The position numbers and the translations under genes were made by a program. This document shows positions 53,429-57,669 of a stretch of 57,669 bases of DNA, piece after piece; position 1 is the first letter of the stretch; each line of letters opens with the position of its first letter. Source of the stretch: Eubacteriales bacterium (GTDB lineage Bacteria > Bacillota > Clostridia > Oscillospirales > CAG-272); the NCBI GenBank assembly GCA_018383975.1, contig JAHAZT010000003.1, positions 1 to 57,669 on the forward strand, given 5' to 3'. Below the pieces are notes generated by a model, which made no database searches, had not been told where the DNA came from, and saw nothing but the letters and a program-made list of their open reading frames with translations.

Positions 53429-55642
53429 ATGGCAAGAAAAAAGAAAAGCGACCAGATCACATTTGACGACCTCCCCGCTGCCGAGCCGACGAATCAGCCC
53501 ATAACGGAGACGATAGAAAAGAACTATATGCCATACGTTATGTCTGTCATAGTTTCCCGCGCGATACCGGAAATCGACGGCTTCAAGCCGTCGCACAGAA
53601 AACTCCTTTACACAATGTACAAGATGGGACTTCTGACCGGTGCAAGGACAAAGAGCGCAAACATCGTCGGTCAGACAATGCGCTTAAACCCTCACGGCGA
53701 CGCCGCAATCTACGAAACGATGGTCAGACTGACGCGCGGAAACGAAGCGTTGCTTCATCCCTTCGTCGACTCCAAGGGCAGCTTCGGAAAGCAATACAGC
53801 CGCGACATGGCGTATGCCGCTTCGCGTTATACGGAGGCAAAGCTCGACCCGATATGCTCGGAAATTTTCGGCGGTATAGACAGAAACGCCGTCGACCTTG
53901 TTCCCAACTACGACAACACGACAACCGAGCCGACCCTGCTCCCGACGTCGTTCCCGAATATTCTCGTTTCATCGAATATGGGTATTGCCGTCGGACTTCA
54001 GAGCCAGATATGCTCGTTCAATCTGGGCGAGGTCTGCGACGGAACAATTGCCGTCCTCCGCAATCCCGCTCTCCCGACGGACGAGCTTATGGACATAATC
54101 AAAGCTCCCGATTTTCCCGGCGGCGGAAGCCTTATCTACAATCGAGAGCAGATGCGGGAAATCTTTGAAACGGGCAGAGGCAAGCTGACGCTCCGTTCAA
54201 GATACGTCTATGACAAAAGCTCCGGCTGTATCGAAATTGTCGAAATTCCCTACTCAACGTCGATTGAGCTGATTTTCAAAAAGCTGACCGATATGATAAA
54301 GGACGGACAGCTCAAGGAAGTCACCGACGTGCGCGATGAGATTGACCTTCACGGCTTCAAGCTCACAATCGACATAAGGCGCGGCACCGACCCCGAAATT
54401 CTTATGGCAAAGCTCTTCAAAAAAACGCCCCTGCAGGACGACTTCGCCTGCAATTTCAACGTCCTCATCGACGGCGAGCCGAGGCTTCTCGGCGTTCGGG
54501 CGATAATTGAAGAATGGATAAAATTCAGAATGAAGTGCGTCGGCAGGACGCTCTCCTTCGACCTCGACAGAAAGTGCGAAAAGCTGCATCTGCTCCTCGG
54601 TCTCGGCGAGATACTGCTGGATATCGACAAGGCGATAAAAATCGTGCGCGAGACGGAAAAGGACGCGGACGTCGTGCCGAACCTTATGGAGGGCTTCGGA
54701 ATTGACAGAGTTCAGGCGGAATACATTGCGGAAATAAAGCTCCGTCATCTCAACCGCGAATATATCATCGAGCGCATAAAGGAAATTGAAAATCTCAAGC
54801 GCGAAATCGAGGATCTGCGCGAAACGCTCGGCTCCGAAAAGAAGCTGAAAAAGCTCATCGCAACTCAGCTTGAAGAGGTCAAAAAGAAATACGCCGTGCC
54901 GAGAAAAACACGTCTCATCACGGACGATACCGTCACCGAATACAAGGAAGAGGACTTTGTTGACAATTACAACGTCAAGTTCTATTTCACGAAGGGCGGA
55001 TATTTCAAGAAAATCACGCTCACTTCCCTGCGCGGCGCGGACGAGCAGAAGCTCAAGGACGGCGACGAGATTGCACAGGTGACGGACGGCGAAAACGTTT
55101 CCGAGCTGCTGTTCGTTTCGGATAAGCAGCGCATTTACCGCGCGAAAGCCTCCGATTTTGATACCTGCAAGGCGTCTGCCCTCGGTGATTATATTCCCGC
55201 AAAGCTCGGCTTTGAAAAGGACGAGCGCGTCATCGCCATGGACGCCGGCACGAAATATGATGAAAAACACTTTGTCGTATACATTTTCCAAAACGGCAAG
55301 GGCGTTAAAATTCCGCTCTCGCTCTATGAGACAAAGGCGGCGAGAAAGAAGCTCGTTGCGGCTTATTCCGCGGCGTCTCCGATTGTTGCGGCATTCTTCA
55401 TCTCCGAAAATGAAGATATAATTCTTGTGAATTCGCAGAACAAGGCAATCGTTATAAACACAAAGCTCATACCCGAAAAAGCGACGAGAACGGCGGGCGG
55501 CGTCACCCTGTTTACCCTCAAAGCGGGACAGACGATAACCGAGGCAAGCCGCGAAATTCAGAACTTCAAGGGCTCGGAGCGTTGCAGAAAGATAAAAATT
55601 CCCGCAACGGGCACGACGCTTGACACATCGGAAAAATCATGA
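53429..55642 (+). CDS. parC: Type IIA topoisomerase subunit A (ParC-like; no GyrA box seen)
   Basis: 737 aa. Catalytic Tyr context AASRYTEAKL. Short C-terminal domain with no QRRGGKG-type GyrA box. Confidence 0.65.
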   Translation: MARKKKSDQITFDDLPAAEPTNQPITETIEKNYMPYVMSVIVSRAIPEIDGFKPSHRKLLYTMYKMGLLTGARTKSANIVGQTMRLNPHGDAAIYETMVRLTRGNEALLHPFVDSKGSFGKQYSRDMAYAASRYTEAKLDPICSEIFGGIDRNAVDLVPNYDNTTTEPTLLPTSFPNILVSSNMGIAVGLQSQICSFNLGEVCDGTIAVLRNPALPTDELMDIIKAPDFPGGGSLIYNREQMREIFETGRGKLTLRSRYVYDKSSGCIEIVEIPYSTSIELIFKKLTDMIKDGQLKEVTDVRDEIDLHGFKLTIDIRRGTDPEILMAKLFKKTPLQDDFACNFNVLIDGEPRLLGVRAIIEEWIKFRMKCVGRTLSFDLDRKCEKLHLLLGLGEILLDIDKAIKIVRETEKDADVVPNLMEGFGIDRVQAEYIAEIKLRHLNREYIIERIKEIENLKREIEDLRETLGSEKKLKKLIATQLEEVKKKYAVPRKTRLITDDTVTEYKEEDFVDNYNVKFYFTKGGYFKKITLTSLRGADEQKLKDGDEIAQVTDGENVSELLFVSDKQRIYRAKASDFDTCKASALGDYIPAKLGFEKDERVIAMDAGTKYDEKHFVVYIFQNGKGVKIPLSLYETKAARKKLVAAYSAASPIVAAFFISENEDIILVNSQNKAIVINTKLIPEKATRTAGGVTLFTLKAGQTITEASREIQNFKGSERCRKIKIPATGTTLDTSEKS

Positions 55643-56250
55643 CGGACGTTTATATTGTATGTTCCGATAAAATTTTTCGCCGTATGCTCTGTCTTGAGCT
55701 TTCGGAATACGGCGCAAACGTATTGCCGGAGGACTCCGTTCCGGTGTCGCCGTGCGCTCTGCTCATATCCGCACCGGACGCGCGCAACGTGACAATTCCC
55801 GAAGGCGACTGTCTTTCCGTCATATTCGGATATCCGGAGGAGCTTTCCGGAATCGGAGGAATTGTCCCCGCGGCAATGCTTGAAAGACCGTTTGATACAG
55901 ACACTCTTATGCGCACGCTCTTCGGCGACAGCAAGTCCTCCGCTTCGCCCACGATAAGAAAAATCACCGCGGCGGGCAGGCTCTCCGTTGACAGAGAGTC
56001 GCGCACGGTGAGCTGTCAGGGCGTTTCGTCGCGACTCACAAAGCGCGAATACGCACTTTTTGAATACCTCTATTCCCGCAGGGGAACGGAGGTGTCACGC
56101 GGAGAGCTTTATAACGCCGTCTGGGGCGGCGGCGACGGCGAAAACGTTGTCGACGTTTACATCTGCTATCTGCGCGAAAAGCTCGAAAACAAATTCGGCG
56201 TAAAGCTCATACGCACCGTCAGGGGCAAGGGCTATATGTTTGAGGAATAG
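55639..56250 (+). CDS. OmpR/PhoB-type winged-helix regulator with a degenerate (non-phosphorylatable) receiver domain
   Basis: 203 aa. The C-terminal LTKREYALFEYL...VDVYICYLREKL...IRTVRGKGYMF is a trans_reg_C motif. In the N-terminal domain, VYIVCSD replaces the DD pocket and LLISAPD replaces the phospho-Asp. ATGA overlap with the parC stop. Confidence 0.65.
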   Translation: MTDVYIVCSDKIFRRMLCLELSEYGANVLPEDSVPVSPCALLISAPDARNVTIPEGDCLSVIFGYPEELSGIGGIVPAAMLERPFDTDTLMRTLFGDSKSSASPTIRKITAAGRLSVDRESRTVSCQGVSSRLTKREYALFEYLYSRRGTEVSRGELYNAVWGGGDGENVVDVYICYLREKLENKFGVKLIRTVRGKGYMFEE

Positions 56251-56258
56251 AGGAAAAA

Positions 56259-56732
56259 ATGAAAGCGATCTCCCGTGACGAATATTTTATGCGCGTTGCG
56301 CTCGACGAGGCGGAAAAAGCCGCGGAAATCGGCGAGGTACCCGTCGGGGCGGTTGTCGTTTGCGACGGTAAAATCATAGCAAAGGCGCACAACACCCGCG
56401 AAACGGACAAGAACGCCCTCTGTCACGCAGAGGTGAAGGCAATCGACCTTGCCTGCAAAAGGCTCGGCGGGTGGAGGCTGTTCATGTGTGAGCTTTATGT
56501 CACGCTGGAGCCCTGTCCGATGTGCGCGGGAGCGATAATCAATTCAAGAATAAAACGTGTGATTTTCGGCGCGAGGGACGAAAAATCGGGCGCGGTCGTG
56601 TCGAGGGAAAGAATGTTTTCTCTCGGTTTCAATCACATTCCGGAGGTGACGGAGGGCGTAATGGAGGAGGAGTGCGCAAAAAGGCTCTCCGAATTCTTTT
56701 CCGCGTTGCGCGAAAAAAGAAGAAAACGTTAA
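56259..56732 (+). CDS. tadA: tRNA adenosine(34) deaminase
   Basis: 157 aa. Motifs HAE and PCPMCAGA. Confidence 0.9.
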   Translation: MKAISRDEYFMRVALDEAEKAAEIGEVPVGAVVVCDGKIIAKAHNTRETDKNALCHAEVKAIDLACKRLGGWRLFMCELYVTLEPCPMCAGAIINSRIKRVIFGARDEKSGAVVSRERMFSLGFNHIPEVTEGVMEEECAKRLSEFFSALREKRRKR

Positions 56733-56784
56733 AATCAACAGAGAAACGTCGCGATTTTTGTGCCTTTTTGCATATAAATTATAT

Positions 56785-56813
56785 TTGACTTTTCACCCGA
56801 TATGTGATAACAT
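56785..56813 (+). promoter_or_regulatory. Sigma-A-like promoter of the DUF3048 gene
   Basis: TTGACT (56785-56790), 17 nt, TAACAT (56808-56813). Confidence 0.45.
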
Positions 56814-56895
56814 ATAAAATACATCACGGCAGAGATGAAAATCGGTGTGCAGTACCCGATATTGTTCGCAAAGGAAAAGAAAGGAATCCCGTCAG

Positions 56896-57669
56896 ATGAA
56901 GAAAGAATTCAAACAAATTATACTTATGATTTTAACCGTGGCGATTGTCGCGTCAATCTGCGCGTCCGTCATCGGATGCGGCGGCGGAAACAAGGAAACG
57001 TCAACAGACCCCGTGCTTACGCTCAAGCCCCAGACATCGGAAACGACGACCGTCGAAGCACCCGTGACAACAACACCGCGCACGACAGTCCCCGTTCAGA
57101 CAACGGAGCCGAAAACAACGACCACCGTTGAAAGCAAGCCCGTGGTGACAACAAAGCCCGTAACGCCTCCCGAAACAGGCGCATACATAAACCCCCTCAC
57201 CGGACTTAAAACAAGCGCAAACAATCCTTCAAACAAGCGTCCCGTTGCCGTGGTTATCGACAACATCTCAAATGCTTACAGAAACCAGAAGGGCATTTAT
57301 CAGGCGGACATTCTTTATGAAGCGCTCGTGGCTCCGGGCATCACGCGCTACCTCGCCGTAATAGAGGATTACGAAAACGTATCGGATATATGCAACGTCC
57401 GCTCCGGCAGAGATTATCATATCGACATCGCTCAGGGACACAATGCTATCCTCGTCTGCCACGGCGGCTCGATAAACGAAACCTACGATTTTTATAAAAT
57501 CGTTCTTGCAAGACTCGGCGCGCGCTATGCCTTCGTCGACACGAAGGAAGAATACGTTACGGGTACCAAAGAAGGCGGAAAGAAATACGGTACTATACAG
57601 AACTACAAGTCCCGTTCGGATCTTCTTTTCGACACGGTTGTAAACGGCTCGGCACTTAAAATAATGGTA
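56896..57669 (+). CDS. DUF3048 (YerB-like) lipoprotein, 3'-truncated by the window end
   Basis: The frame is open from the ATG at 56896 to the last base (258 codons). Lipobox VIGC, a Thr/Pro-rich linker, then INPLTGL...RPVAVVIDN...ADILYEALVAPGITRYLAV, typical of DUF3048. Absent from the ORF track because there is no stop codon. Confidence 0.65.
   Translation, partial: MKKEFKQIILMILTVAIVASICASVIGCGGGNKETSTDPVLTLKPQTSETTTVEAPVTTTPRTTVPVQTTEPKTTTTVESKPVVTTKPVTPPETGAYINPLTGLKTSANNPSNKRPVAVVIDNISNAYRNQKGIYQADILYEALVAPGITRYLAVIEDYENVSDICNVRSGRDYHIDIAQGHNAILVCHGGSINETYDFYKIVLARLGARYAFVDTKEEYVTGTKEGGKKYGTIQNYKSRSDLLFDTVVNGSALKIMV

Noticed and set aside
56733-56895. Expected an SRP (4.5S/scRNA) gene after tadA, as in B. 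subtilis.
   Set aside because: No GGAAGCAGCC-type domain IV motif or long hairpin is present. The region holds only a promoter-like element and the leader of the DUF3048 gene.
56835-57131. ORF-track 98-aa ORF (56835-57131) and the minus-strand ORFs 56892-57083 and 57268-57462.
   Set aside because: They overlap the open-ended DUF3048 frame (56896-57669), which has a lipobox and clear family motifs. The alternatives are Arg-rich or low-complexity.

Overview
This is a chromosomal window from a moderately GC-rich, endospore-forming Firmicute with Clostridia-type gene content. Sporulation genes present are pro-sigma-K, SpoIIID, SpoIIE, SpoIVB, a SipL/SpoVID-like DUF3794+LysM protein and a SleC-like cortex hydrolase. 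Most of the window is core or housekeeping. That part includes the rpmG-secE-nusG-rplK-rplA cluster, potABCD, a 2-oxoacid/acetoin-type dehydrogenase operon (E2-E3-fused E1) with a DeoR regulator, and gpmI. It also includes ribF, reverse rubrerythrin with PerR, hslO, a split radical-SAM pair (TIGR03960/TIGR03936), addB, parE/parC, tadA and sdaA. I saw no rRNA, tRNA, CRISPR array, transposase, integrase, reverse transcriptase or recognisable defence gene. Two genes missing from the ORF track were recovered by eye: rpmG (27822-27971) and a 3'-truncated DUF3048 lipoprotein gene that runs off the window end (56896-57669). Several ORF-track starts are GTG or TTG artefacts and were moved to starts backed by a Shine-Dalgarno sequence. 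I could not identify a clear-cut new multi-gene system. The observations most worth a second look are:
- a SleC-type cortex-lytic enzyme split into two overlapping ORFs at the pre/pro-mature junction
- a PBP5/DacB homolog with all three active-site motifs substituted
- a tandem 123-125 nt structured repeat at the window edge, with related REP-like modules elsewhere
- two promoter-to-terminator units that contain no ORF (11166-11371, and 27584-27790 upstream of rpmG-secE-nusG)
- an unusually long three-TM SecE
- tandem M6 metalloprotease paralogs sharing a near-identical tract
- a receiver-degenerate OmpR-type regulator coupled to parC
- a low-GC islet carrying a YD-repeat lipoprotein
All functional calls rest on motif recognition from memory, not on searches.
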